NCBI GenBank assembly: GCA_964631415.1
Contig: CAZVZC010000005.1
Location: forward strand, 2,018-66,017
DNA: 64,000 nt
Direction of reading: 5' to 3'
Source: an uncultured archaeon
GTDB lineage: Archaea > Asgardarchaeota > Thorarchaeia > Thorarchaeales > Thorarchaeaceae
Shown here one piece after another: positions 8,988 to 17,222 of the stretch; position 1 is the first letter of the stretch; the number at the start of each line of letters is the position of its first letter. Below the pieces are notes generated by a model. That model ran no database searches. It saw only the letters and a list, made by a program, of their open reading frames with translations, and was not told the DNA's origin. The position numbers and the translations under genes are program-made.

Positions 8988-9332
8988 GCAATTGCGTCTT
9001 GATTCTGCCTAATAACCACGGAGCTGGACTATTGTTTAATGCTGCCCCCGTATGGTAACAACAGGATTCCATACCTACGGATTCATAATCGCTGTTTCGA
9101 TGCTGGACAATCTTGGACATCTCCGGCTAGGAGCCTGTGAGGAAGGACCCCGCTCGACTTCCTCAGGCCAACCTGACATAACGGCCTGCTCGAAGCAGTG
9201 TGATTACAGTGCCGTTTTCTGGGAGCACTGAAGCTTCTGTTTCCACCTCTGCCCAACTGACAACAGCATGCGCCCAGGGAAGCCCTCTGTGCATTCGGCG
9301 GAGCCTGTGTCTTGTGAGCAGATACTGCGGAC

Positions 9333-10340
9333 TCAGTCGCCACCCATGAGCGCCCGCAAGCGCTCCATCTCTGCAAGCATCTCTGATTGGAGCGAACTCT
9401 TGCCACCAGACACTCCAGCCGGTCTTGTCCCTGGCGACACACTTGGTCCACTGGGCTGCAATAGGCTGCCCTGTGGACTTGAGGAGGCGCTAGAAGGTCC
9501 GATACCGGGTGGACCCCCTGCACTAGGGACTCCACTTGGAGCAGCCCCCGTCACCGGTGGACCCCCTGAGGGTGAGCCTCCAGATGGTGGACCTCCAGCA
9601 GGTGCACCTCCGGACGGTGGACCCCCTGCGGGTGGACCTCCAGATGGTGGACCCCCGGACGGCGGACCTCCAGCAGGTGCACCTCCAGACGGCGGACCTC
9701 CTGCGGGTGGACCTGCAGCGGTAGCCGCAACTGGACGTGAGCCTGCAGAACGACCAGCGCCGGGCACACCGACGCTAGTGGGACCAGCTGCCTCAGTATC
9801 AGCCTCGACAGTCGTCCCAGACATTGCAGCCAGCTTCCTGAGATAATCAGATCGAGCCTTGTCTACGGCAAAGGATGTGTCAATTACTTCCTTGAGTTCT
9901 TCGTCTTTCGCGATTGCTGCACGAACTACCTCAAGTCTTGCCTTGTACACTTCGGCAATCTTGCTCTTCATTGATTCGTCGAGCTCGCCCTGTTGGGTAT
10001 AGTAGTCAACTGCTGACAGTGCCTGCTGGATAGCATTCTCTTCGACCTTGAGAAATACAAGGGCAGCACTAGGGCTCTTGATGAACTTGAGTTTCCTAGC
10101 ACCTGCGATTCCTCCAGAAACGTCGCCTATGGATGCTATAACCCTCGTGACTCCCTCAGGCACCCTCTTTCCGATACTCCGGACGCGACGTGCCAGAAAT
10201 GCGATGATTGATATGAATAGGACTGTGTATATTATGAAGAACCAATCTCCTGGACCTAGAGATATGCCCAGTGCCTGAAGTGGCTGGGCGATAAAGTAAT
10301 CAAAGAACCCATAAATCCAGACGAATATCAGGTCCTGCAA
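9333..10340 (-). CDS. Membrane protein with a coiled middle region, a long Pro/Gly pentapeptide-repeat tract and a C-terminal amphipathic helix
   Basis: 335 aa. N-terminal hydrophobic helices (FFIIYTVLFISIIAFLA). The repeat tract reads GGPPSGGAPAGGPPSGGPPSGGPPAGGPPSGG... The protein ends SLQSEMLAEMERLRALMGGD. Confidence 0.7.
   Translation of the reverse strand: MQDLIFVWIYGFFDYFIAQPLQALGISLGPGDWFFIIYTVLFISIIAFLARRVRSIGKRVPEGVTRVIASIGDVSGGIAGARKLKFIKSPSAALVFLKVEENAIQQALSAVDYYTQQGELDESMKSKIAEVYKARLEVVRAAIAKDEELKEVIDTSFAVDKARSDYLRKLAAMSGTTVEADTEAAGPTSVGVPGAGRSAGSRPVAATAAGPPAGGPPSGGAPAGGPPSGGPPSGGPPAGGPPSGGAPAGGPPSGGSPSGGPPVTGAAPSGVPSAGGPPGIGPSSASSSPQGSLLQPSGPSVSPGTRPAGVSGGKSSLQSEMLAEMERLRALMGGD
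9556..9720. repeat. Eleven tandem 15-nt units (consensus GGTGGACCTCCAGMN) encoding the Pro/Gly pentapeptide repeats
   Basis: The units start at 9556, 9571, 9586, 9601, 9616, 9631, 9646, 9661, 9676, 9691 and 9706, read directly from the sequence. Confidence 0.9.
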
Positions 10341-10634
10341 CTGTTATCACCTGTGGCACGCCGTCCATTGCAGCAGTGCTTCATGTGATATTTTAGCTTT
10401 CTCGTGGGTATTGTTCCTTTGTATCACACACGGCGTTCTGCTATCTTCCAAGGAAACAGCGTCAGGGTCTATGTCTACACCAGCCCTCATAAAGGTGTCC
10501 TCGATGGAACGCCATCCAAGTGCCAATGTCGGTCCAAGACTGCCCTCTTCTGGCTCGCACCTGTTTCATGACAATTCCCAGACAGAGATTCACTTAAATC
10601 ATCACTGGGAGCCTGTCGCCAAGAGTGACCAACC

Positions 10635-11177
10635 GTGAGCCTGCTTGACCCGTCAACAACTTACTACGTGATGAGCGAGAGAGTATGGAAACGTGGGAGT
10701 GGCGACATTCTGGATCGAGCTGGGGTCAAGATTGGTTCGACAAAATGCACACGACTGCCCATGCGAACTCGAATCGAACTGAGAGAACCCGGCGATACTA
10801 TTCTCTGCACGATTGACACGAAGAGCGTGAACTCGCGCCCCACCTATGATGTTAAGGACTCCAGTGGTAACCTCGTCGGTCGGGCAAAGAGGGCTATACT
10901 CGCGTTAAGAGGCTCAATGTCTATGTATGGCCCCAATGATAGCGAACTGTACAAGGCGGAGGGTGATGTGACTAAGCGAAACTTCACTATCACAGACTCA
11001 AAGAATCGGGGCCGGGTCTATGCGACGATCGCGAAGGCAGACAGATGGCGGAGTGTCTTTCTGCCCAACTTGAAACTGGGAAACGAATACGTAATTCGCA
11101 TTGAGGACCTAGAAGCAAACAGACTCATTGTTCTTGCTTATGCAGTCATAATCGACAGTGCATATCATGGCAAGTAG
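10635..11177 (+). CDS. LURP-one-related / Tubby-C-terminal-like (DUF567) family protein
   Basis: 180 aa with a GTG start. The pattern YDVKDSSGNLVGRAKRA...FTITDSKNRGRVYATIAK...YVIRIEDLEANRLIVLAYAVIID is typical of LOR-family barrels. Confidence 0.55.
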   Translation: MSLLDPSTTYYVMSERVWKRGSGDILDRAGVKIGSTKCTRLPMRTRIELREPGDTILCTIDTKSVNSRPTYDVKDSSGNLVGRAKRAILALRGSMSMYGPNDSELYKAEGDVTKRNFTITDSKNRGRVYATIAKADRWRSVFLPNLKLGNEYVIRIEDLEANRLIVLAYAVIIDSAYHGK

Positions 11178-11234
11178 AGAGCAGGTGGACTCCTCTGTTC
11201 TTGTCCCAGAATGACACTCGTCTTCAAGAGTAGG

Positions 11235-11242
11235 CTTTTATA
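11235..11242 (+). promoter_or_regulatory. TATA-like element CTTTTATA upstream of tRNA-Thr
   Basis: It lies 29-36 nt upstream of the tRNA 5' end (11271). Confidence 0.45.
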
Positions 11243-11270
11243 CGAAATATAGTGAGAGCAGTCTAGGACT

Positions 11271-11408
11271 GCCCCAGTTGCATAGACCGGTTAGTGCACC
11301 TGACTTGTATGTGGAGAGGCATGGACCTCTCAACTACGTCATCAGGTGGTCGCGAGAACCGTCTGCTCTCCAAGCAGGCGATCGCGGATTCAAATCTCGC
11401 CTGGGGCT
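11271..11408 (+). tRNA. tRNA-Thr (anticodon TGT) with two introns (37/38 and 53/54)
   Basis: Acceptor GCCCCAG/CTGGGGC. D arm GCAT-AGACCGGTTA-GTGC. Anticodon stem CCTGA/TCAGG, loop CTTGTA|31-nt intron 11310-11340|A. T stem GCGAG|32-nt intron 11357-11388|TTCAAAT-CTCGC. Both introns fold into BHB motifs. CCA is encoded. The track ORFs 11263..11700(-) and 11294..11593(+) overlap it and are spurious. Confidence 0.8.
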
Positions 11409-11522
11409 CCATCTCCATCCCTGATGTTGATTGGATTCCGTGCATGAACTGCAAAGGGCTGAAAGCCAGAAGCCGGACGGATGGACACAACCCTAGCCAT
11501 CCAGTCACTACTGTGATTGCCG

Positions 11523-12746
11523 CTACTTCATCCTCTTCGCCGCGTCCTCGAGTGCAGCAATCAGCTCGAGCTTCTTCCCCGTCAAGAAGTTGATGGTCGC
11601 ACCACCACCTGTGCTTATGTGGGTGATTTTGTCGGCGACTCCTTTCATCTGTGCAACGGCACCCATGTGTCCTCCGCCCACTATGGTGACACCCTTGCAC
11701 TTGACGATTGCATCCAACACTTTCTCAGTCCCGGTGGCAAATGGCGCCTTCTCGAAGTATCCCATCGGTCCGTTTGCGAACACCACGGCCGACTGGCTTA
11801 CTGTCTTGGCGAATCTATCGGTTGTCATAGGACCAATGTCCAGGAGTGGAGCACCCTTCATCTGGTCCAGTTTGCACTCGACTCGTTTGCCGTCCTTCTC
11901 TACTGCAGCATCGCTTGGGAGCCCTATGACCTTCGGATACTTGTCCAGGAGCTGTTTCGCGAGCGCCAGTGATGACTCATAGCCCTTGATTGGGGCTGCG
12001 TACTCCTTCGGAATGGTGCCTTGTGCCACAAGAAACAGAGTTCCCACAAGACCTCCAAGGAGTGCATTGTCCACTCTGCCAGTTGCCAGCAGTTTCTCTA
12101 GTGTCTTGACCTTGTCTTCGACCTTGCTTCCACCGAGAACTAGCGTCCATGGATGCTTATCTGTCGCAGTTGCAGCCGTAAGAGTCCGTATCTCTTTCTC
12201 TACCAGCCGCCCTGCTACTGAAGGCAGCACTGCCGTGAAGCCAACGATTGAGGGCTGGGCTCGGTGTGCCGCTCCAAAAGCATCGTTGGCGAAGAGATCA
12301 AAGAGAGGATAGAGTTCCTGAACTATCGGCTCCTTCGACATCTCCTCGGGTGTGCCAGTCTTCATCTCACCATCGAAGTACCGCGTGTTCTGAAGGACCA
12401 GAGACTCGCCCACCTTCACCTTCTTGATTGCGTCTTTTGCCTTTTTGCCAAAGATGTCGTCAACAAAGGACGCTCTGAGTCCCTTCTTCTTCATTACCTC
12501 GACATGCTTCTCAAGCGAAGTAAAGTCCTCATCACCAGGACGACCTTGGTGTGCCATGACGACGACCTTGCTCTTGGTGAGCTCCTTCAGCGTCGGTAGA
12601 GTTGCTACTATTCTTGAGTCATCAAGGATCTCTTTCGTCTTCGGGTCCAAAGAGCAGTTCAAGTCAGCCCGCACAAGGACACGTTTTCCTGCGTATTCCA
12701 CATCACTAAGCGTCTTGAATGGAAGTGTCAAGTATGTTCCCCGCAC
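11523..12746 (-). CDS. pgk: Phosphoglycerate kinase
   Basis: 407 aa. Motifs RVLVRADLNCSLD, VMAHQGRPG, NTRYF, GGSKVEDK and STGGGA. Confidence 0.95.
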   Translation of the reverse strand: MRGTYLTLPFKTLSDVEYAGKRVLVRADLNCSLDPKTKEILDDSRIVATLPTLKELTKSKVVVMAHQGRPGDEDFTSLEKHVEVMKKKGLRASFVDDIFGKKAKDAIKKVKVGESLVLQNTRYFDGEMKTGTPEEMSKEPIVQELYPLFDLFANDAFGAAHRAQPSIVGFTAVLPSVAGRLVEKEIRTLTAATATDKHPWTLVLGGSKVEDKVKTLEKLLATGRVDNALLGGLVGTLFLVAQGTIPKEYAAPIKGYESSLALAKQLLDKYPKVIGLPSDAAVEKDGKRVECKLDQMKGAPLLDIGPMTTDRFAKTVSQSAVVFANGPMGYFEKAPFATGTEKVLDAIVKCKGVTIVGGGHMGAVAQMKGVADKITHISTGGGATINFLTGKKLELIAALEDAAKRMK

Positions 12747-12966
12747 GCTGGGTCAGCTTGCCCTGAATATAGGCGTTGCCGTCGCGCCTCGAAATGGTTG
12801 TCTGAACAGTAGTAACAGCACACGCACTACGAAGTGGTAGACATGAAGAAACGAAGCTCGCTGCCCGTTTCGGAGAACTCGGGAGAAGGCAACAGACAGA
12901 GATAGACACAATCAGTGTCCAGCTGTGTGAACATACATGCATCGGCCCGATGCGTGATTATCGTGG

Positions 12967-13101
12967 TGCCGCAGGGGGGATTTGAGCCCCCGACTTCGAG
13001 ATTGCTCAACTTACCAGTGTTGAGACTTGACCCCATGTGTACCCTGAGGACTTCAGGGAGATTATGAGTCTCGCGCCCTAAACCAGCTAGGCCACTGCGG
13101 C
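12967..13101 (-). tRNA. tRNA-Met or Ile2 (anticodon CAT; elongator type) with a 60-nt canonical intron
   Basis: Minus strand. Acceptor GCCGCAG/CTGCGGC. Anticodon stem CGAGA/TCTCG, loop CTCATA|intron 13003-13062|A. A perfect 4-bp helix CTCA:TGAG precedes the splice-site bulges. T arm GGGGG-CTCAAAT-CCCCC. Discriminator A and CCA are encoded. G1:C72 argues against an initiator. Confidence 0.8.
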
Positions 13102-13200
13102 TCATGAGTCACGAAGATTGCCCGCTCAGATAACATCTAAGCAGGCTGGTCCGAGGGGTCGGTGGAGTTATTCTATTAAAGTTGCCGGACCAATGCATTG

Positions 13201-15135
13201 TCATCGGGAGCTGCTTTGCTGCCCTGCGAGAATTCGTCGCACTTCAGCCAATAGAAGTTCCCTCACCGTCTTGCCGTCAGCTCGACCCCGCACCTCTTTC
13301 ATCACAATGCCCATGAGACCGCTTACGGAATCTTCGCCGTGTTCGCGTATGTACTCAATCCGGTCATTGACTATCTTCCTGACCAGCAACTCTACATCAT
13401 CATGACTGATTGCTCCTAGGTGAATAGCTGCAAGCACTTCCTGCAAATCGTGATTGGGGTTCTGAGCAAGTTCTTTGAGGGCTGCAGGAATCCCCTCAGG
13501 AGTTATCGTGTTGTTCGAAACGGCTTGGAAGACCGATCTCAGGTGCCGCTCTTCGAGACAATCGACCGGAACCCCATCTCGCTGTAAACTCACTACAGTG
13601 TTTTCCAGAGTGGCTGCCAGTAGTGTCGGGGGAACGCCGGTATCTTTCACAAGAGTTTCAAAGAGGTCTAGATTCAATGAGCGGACCATCTGTGACGCCA
13701 TCTCATTGCTGAGTGAGTATTCCTTCACGAAACGTTTCTCTTTCGCCTCGAGGGTTTCGGGCATGTCTTTGGTGATTCTCTTAAGGTGAGATGCAGTCAC
13801 TTTCAGGGGACGCACATCGGTTTCAGGATACATTCTCTCTGCGCCAGGTCGCGGTCGAGCGTACTTCGATGTTCCATCTGGAAGAGGAGCCCGAGTTTCA
13901 GCAGTCACGCCGTCAAGTGCAGCACGAGCCCGTCCCAACACGGCCTGAAGAGCGTCCATGCAGTTCTTCTCGGGGGCTGCGACGATGACTATGGCATCGT
14001 TGTCGTCTGCGCTCATGCTTGCCCGTAGTCTGATGACCTCAGATGCTGTGATACCATACTGCGGTAGTTCGTCTGTATGGAAGACGCCACCAACCCCACC
14101 CCAGAACTTGGCATAGTCTGAGAGTTCTGTGCCAAACCTTCGTTCTGGCTGCAGCTCAAGCCCAACCAGACCTGCAAACCCCGGAAGTAGGACCGCAAAG
14201 ACAGCGCCACCAGAATTCAAGACCTTCCTGATGACCTTTGATTCGGTATCCGCAAAGACATCACTGACATCTCGGGGGGTTCGATCAAACTCATCGCGTG
14301 TGATTTTCCTCTCGAGAAGTACGTCGCGTACCTTCAGGAGACCTTCTTGACGGAGAACCTCGAACTCTACGGTTTTCTCTAGCAGGTCAATCTGTTGAAG
14401 ACCCTTGATTTCGATTACCTTCCCATCCCTGATGGATATGTTCACATCCTGTCGGATTGTTCCAAGACCACGTTTCACCCTGCCAGTGGACCTGAGAAGC
14501 AAGCCAATGGCTAGTGCCGCTTCCCGAGCCTCTTCTGGCGAGCGTATGTCGGGGGCTGTGGCAATCTCGATTAGAGGAATGCCAAGTCGATCCAAGCGGT
14601 ATGTCCGCGTGTTCGTGGCCTCATCGTCAGCTGTCTTTCGAGCTGCGTCTTCCTCAAGGCAGATTGTCTGGATTCCAATGGGCTTGTTCCCGACTACAAT
14701 GAGTCCTCCACTTGCGACCACACAAGTACGCTGGAAACCAGTAGTGTTGCTTCCATCTATAACGATCTTCCTCATTGGATGTATCTCATGGACTGGCGTT
14801 GACTTGAGGAGGTTTGCCATGGTTAGACAGACGTCAACGGCCTCGGCATTGAGATCGTGAGGAGGCTCCTCGTCAACCTCAACAAGACAAGTCGTATCAT
14901 TGTAATACTCGTAATAGAAGCTCTTCTGCTTCTGAAACTCAAAAAGCGCAGCGGGATCGACTGCGCCCATCTCGCTCTGTGCAGGCCTCAGCCGTCGCAT
15001 AAAGCGGCCGTGGGGTTCATCCTCTCGGACTACAGGAGGACAATGGCAGAAGAGTTTCCTTGTAGAGTCGACTTGCTGGTGCAGCTCAAGGCCAACCTTA
15101 AGCCCGATTGCAATGTAGCGATTAGAGAACCCCAT
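13201..15135 (-). CDS. gatE: Glutamyl-tRNA(Gln) amidotransferase subunit E
   Basis: 644 aa. The N-terminus IGLKVGLELHQQVDS.RKLFC and the overall length fit archaeal GatE. It lies immediately downstream of gatD. Confidence 0.9.
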   Translation of the reverse strand: MGFSNRYIAIGLKVGLELHQQVDSTRKLFCHCPPVVREDEPHGRFMRRLRPAQSEMGAVDPAALFEFQKQKSFYYEYYNDTTCLVEVDEEPPHDLNAEAVDVCLTMANLLKSTPVHEIHPMRKIVIDGSNTTGFQRTCVVASGGLIVVGNKPIGIQTICLEEDAARKTADDEATNTRTYRLDRLGIPLIEIATAPDIRSPEEAREAALAIGLLLRSTGRVKRGLGTIRQDVNISIRDGKVIEIKGLQQIDLLEKTVEFEVLRQEGLLKVRDVLLERKITRDEFDRTPRDVSDVFADTESKVIRKVLNSGGAVFAVLLPGFAGLVGLELQPERRFGTELSDYAKFWGGVGGVFHTDELPQYGITASEVIRLRASMSADDNDAIVIVAAPEKNCMDALQAVLGRARAALDGVTAETRAPLPDGTSKYARPRPGAERMYPETDVRPLKVTASHLKRITKDMPETLEAKEKRFVKEYSLSNEMASQMVRSLNLDLFETLVKDTGVPPTLLAATLENTVVSLQRDGVPVDCLEERHLRSVFQAVSNNTITPEGIPAALKELAQNPNHDLQEVLAAIHLGAISHDDVELLVRKIVNDRIEYIREHGEDSVSGLMGIVMKEVRGRADGKTVRELLLAEVRRILAGQQSSSR

Positions 15136-15136
15136 T

Positions 15137-16600
15137 TCAACCGACCTCTGTGCGGCCGTGACTCGCCTGAATCTCGGTCCTCATCCCAATCTCGCCGACA
15201 AGGTTCTGGCCGATCGTAGTCTTCACTTCGTCGATGTTCTTCTTGTTTGCAAGCAACCACATCAGTTTGACAAGGGCGGTTTCCGGCAACATGTCTTCGC
15301 AGGGAATCACACCCATCTGTAACATCTCGACACCAGGCCGATACACATTCAAGTTCACACGTCCCCAGATGCACTGGCTTGTCATGACGATCACAACGCC
15401 GGCATCTATCGCTCTCTTCATAGCAGGATGAATTCGCTCTGGCGCATGACCAAGACCAGTTCCCTCTATCACGACTCCTGTGTATCCCGCGTCTGTCAGG
15501 CTATCGATGACTCCTGTGCTGATTCCAGGATAGGTCTTCACGAGTGCCACCCTCTGGTCAAAGAGAGGTTTCAAGCGGAAACTCCTATTGCGGTCGCGTC
15601 GACGAATCGGAGCGGATATCTCGGTGATTCCCTTGGTATCAATCTTGAACAGTGGACTGCAATTGACTGACTGGAAGGCGTCACGTCGGCTCGTATGACA
15701 CTTGCGTACGCGGGTCCCCCTGTGGGCGCAGATGAAGCTGTCATCAGATTCTCCGTGCATCGCCACCATGACTTCGGCCGCATCGGCTCTACACGCAAGC
15801 TCTGTTGCCCCTATGAGGTTCATTGCGGCGTCAGAAGATGGTCTGTCTGATGATCTCTGGGATCCGACAAGCACAACTGGAATAGGCAGTTCCTGAAGGG
15901 CAAATGACAAAGCGGCAGAGGTCAGAGCGAGTGTGTCCGTTCCGTGAGGTACAACAACCCCATCAGCGCCGTGCTTGATTTCTAGAGCTATGGCCCGTGC
16001 AATCCTTGTCCAGTCTTCGGGCTCGATGTTCTCGGACAGGACGCTCATGATGACTCTTGCCCTGACGTTTGCATGATCCTTCAGTTCTGGTACTGCGTCA
16101 TACAGATCCTTTGCGCTAAGTGCAGGGTTCACAGCTCCAGTATGATAGTCGACCTTGCTTGCAATGGTGCCACCAGTGCTTAACACAGCCACACTGGGCA
16201 GACCCGGCTTCTCGCTGACAGAAACGTCCGAAGTAGGCCGCTTTCGTGAACTTGCGGTCTGCACCAGCCGGACAGTCGTTCCCGACTCAATGCGTATGCC
16301 AGCATTGTACCCATTGTCCATCTTGATGACGACATGGTCAGGGTCAGTCCCAATCTGTGCACGCGGCATGAGTACTCCTGAGTACTCGTAGTCCTTGAGA
16401 GAGACTGCAATCCTGTCGCCTATCTTAACATGTGCGGCCGAGAGTTTGCTGAGGACGAGGCCACTATATCCGGACTCTTCCAGACCCAATGCTACCTCAC
16501 CTTCAATCTTGGGACCAGACGGCTCGTGGTCGTCATAAAGCTTCGCTCTTGCGGTTTCTGCGACCGAACAAGACCGTTCATATTGACAACGGAAGCACAC
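15137..16600 (-). CDS. gatD: Glutamyl-tRNA(Gln) amidotransferase subunit D (asparaginase-like)
   Basis: Motifs VLSTGGTIASKVDYHTGAV and VVVPHGTDTL. The N-terminal domain KIGDRIAVS...YSGVLMPR...IKMDNGYNAGIRI is GatD-like. The track start at 16600 looks too long; the in-frame TTG at 16489 (..GLEESGYSGLV) fits homolog length better. Confidence 0.9.
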   Translation of the reverse strand: MCFRCQYERSCSVAETARAKLYDDHEPSGPKIEGEVALGLEESGYSGLVLSKLSAAHVKIGDRIAVSLKDYEYSGVLMPRAQIGTDPDHVVIKMDNGYNAGIRIESGTTVRLVQTASSRKRPTSDVSVSEKPGLPSVAVLSTGGTIASKVDYHTGAVNPALSAKDLYDAVPELKDHANVRARVIMSVLSENIEPEDWTRIARAIALEIKHGADGVVVPHGTDTLALTSAALSFALQELPIPVVLVGSQRSSDRPSSDAAMNLIGATELACRADAAEVMVAMHGESDDSFICAHRGTRVRKCHTSRRDAFQSVNCSPLFKIDTKGITEISAPIRRRDRNRSFRLKPLFDQRVALVKTYPGISTGVIDSLTDAGYTGVVIEGTGLGHAPERIHPAMKRAIDAGVVIVMTSQCIWGRVNLNVYRPGVEMLQMGVIPCEDMLPETALVKLMWLLANKKNIDEVKTTIGQNLVGEIGMRTEIQASHGRTEVG

Positions 16601-16602
16601 GA

Positions 16603-17187
16603 CTAGAGGATGCCCGAGAAGATTAGGACTCCAAAGGCTATGAAGACAAGACTTGTGACCTTTCGTATCAGGTCAATCGGAACGGCCCTTGCTACTCGGC
16701 CTCCGGCAGCCGCACCCATGGCGTTGACAATGAAGAAACCAATAATAGCACCTAGGAATACAAACATAGGGATGGCGGACCGTGCGGCGAGTGCAAGACA
16801 CGCAATCTGAGTCTTGTCGCCGAGTTCTGAGAGAAAGACAAGCGAAAACATGCTCAAGAAGGTGCCAGCATTGCTGCAGTCGGTGGCACCCTCCGATTCG
16901 CGTCTGATGAGTGTGTAAAAGCCCATGGCCAGAAACATAGCACCGGAGAGGTGTGCTATCAAGTCGGTGGGAAGTTCGTCTGCCATCAAGACTCCAATGA
17001 CCACTGCTATGACAGTAGAACTCGCCAGCGCTAGCATTGTGGCAAGAAGCACTACAGATGGATGCTTGTACTGTGCGCTCATGCACATTGTAGCAAGCAT
17101 CGTCTTGTCACCCAGTTCTGCCAAGAACACGATACCTGCAGAATACAATAGCGTTTCTAACGGCAAGCCTGTCTGCTCCATGCGCAC
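16603..17187 (-). CDS. UPF0016 / GDT1-TMEM165 family cation transporter
   Basis: 194 aa and polytopic. The signature E-x-G-D-K-T occurs twice (AELGDKTMLATM and SELGDKTQIACL). Confidence 0.85.
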   Translation of the reverse strand: MRMEQTGLPLETLLYSAGIVFLAELGDKTMLATMCMSAQYKHPSVVLLATMLALASSTVIAVVIGVLMADELPTDLIAHLSGAMFLAMGFYTLIRRESEGATDCSNAGTFLSMFSLVFLSELGDKTQIACLALAARSAIPMFVFLGAIIGFFIVNAMGAAAGGRVARAVPIDLIRKVTSLVFIAFGVLIFSGIL

Positions 17188-17222
17188 ATGGCAGAGGAAC
17201 GCGTTTTCCGGAGATACGGCAC

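Noticed and set aside
9130-9309. Direct 10-nt repeat GGAGCCTGTG (9130 and 9300)
   Set aside because: Exact 10-mers are expected to recur by chance many times in a 64-kb window, so this is not significant on its own.
8988-9332. SRP (7S) RNA hypothesis for the hairpin-rich intergenic region
   Set aside because: A GGTGGAAAC..AGAAGC stretch superficially resembles helix 8. However, the conserved AGGNC-GGAA-GGAGCA arrangement, the Alu-domain motifs and the long 5'/3' pairing are missing. I kept it only as an unassigned structured region.
9268-9846. 192-aa plus-strand ORF rich in Pro/Gly
   Set aside because: It is the antisense reading of the Pro/Gly repeat tract of the 335-aa minus-strand membrane protein, and the repeats keep both frames open. 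The minus-strand gene has a coherent N-terminal membrane domain and C-terminus.
11263-11700. Track ORFs 11263..11700(-) and 11294..11593(+)
   Set aside because: They overlap the two-intron tRNA-Thr and the 3' end of pgk, and their composition is not protein-like.
13003-13062. Possible C/D-box guide sRNA inside the long tRNA(CAT) intron
   Set aside because: Only a CTGA (D-like) tetramer is present. There is no RUGAUGA C box and no C'/D' arrangement.
12827-13105. Track ORF of 92 aa on the minus strand (and likewise 54394..54711 on the plus strand)
   Set aside because: Each lies on top of an intron-containing tRNA gene (tRNA-CAT and tRNA-Glu respectively).
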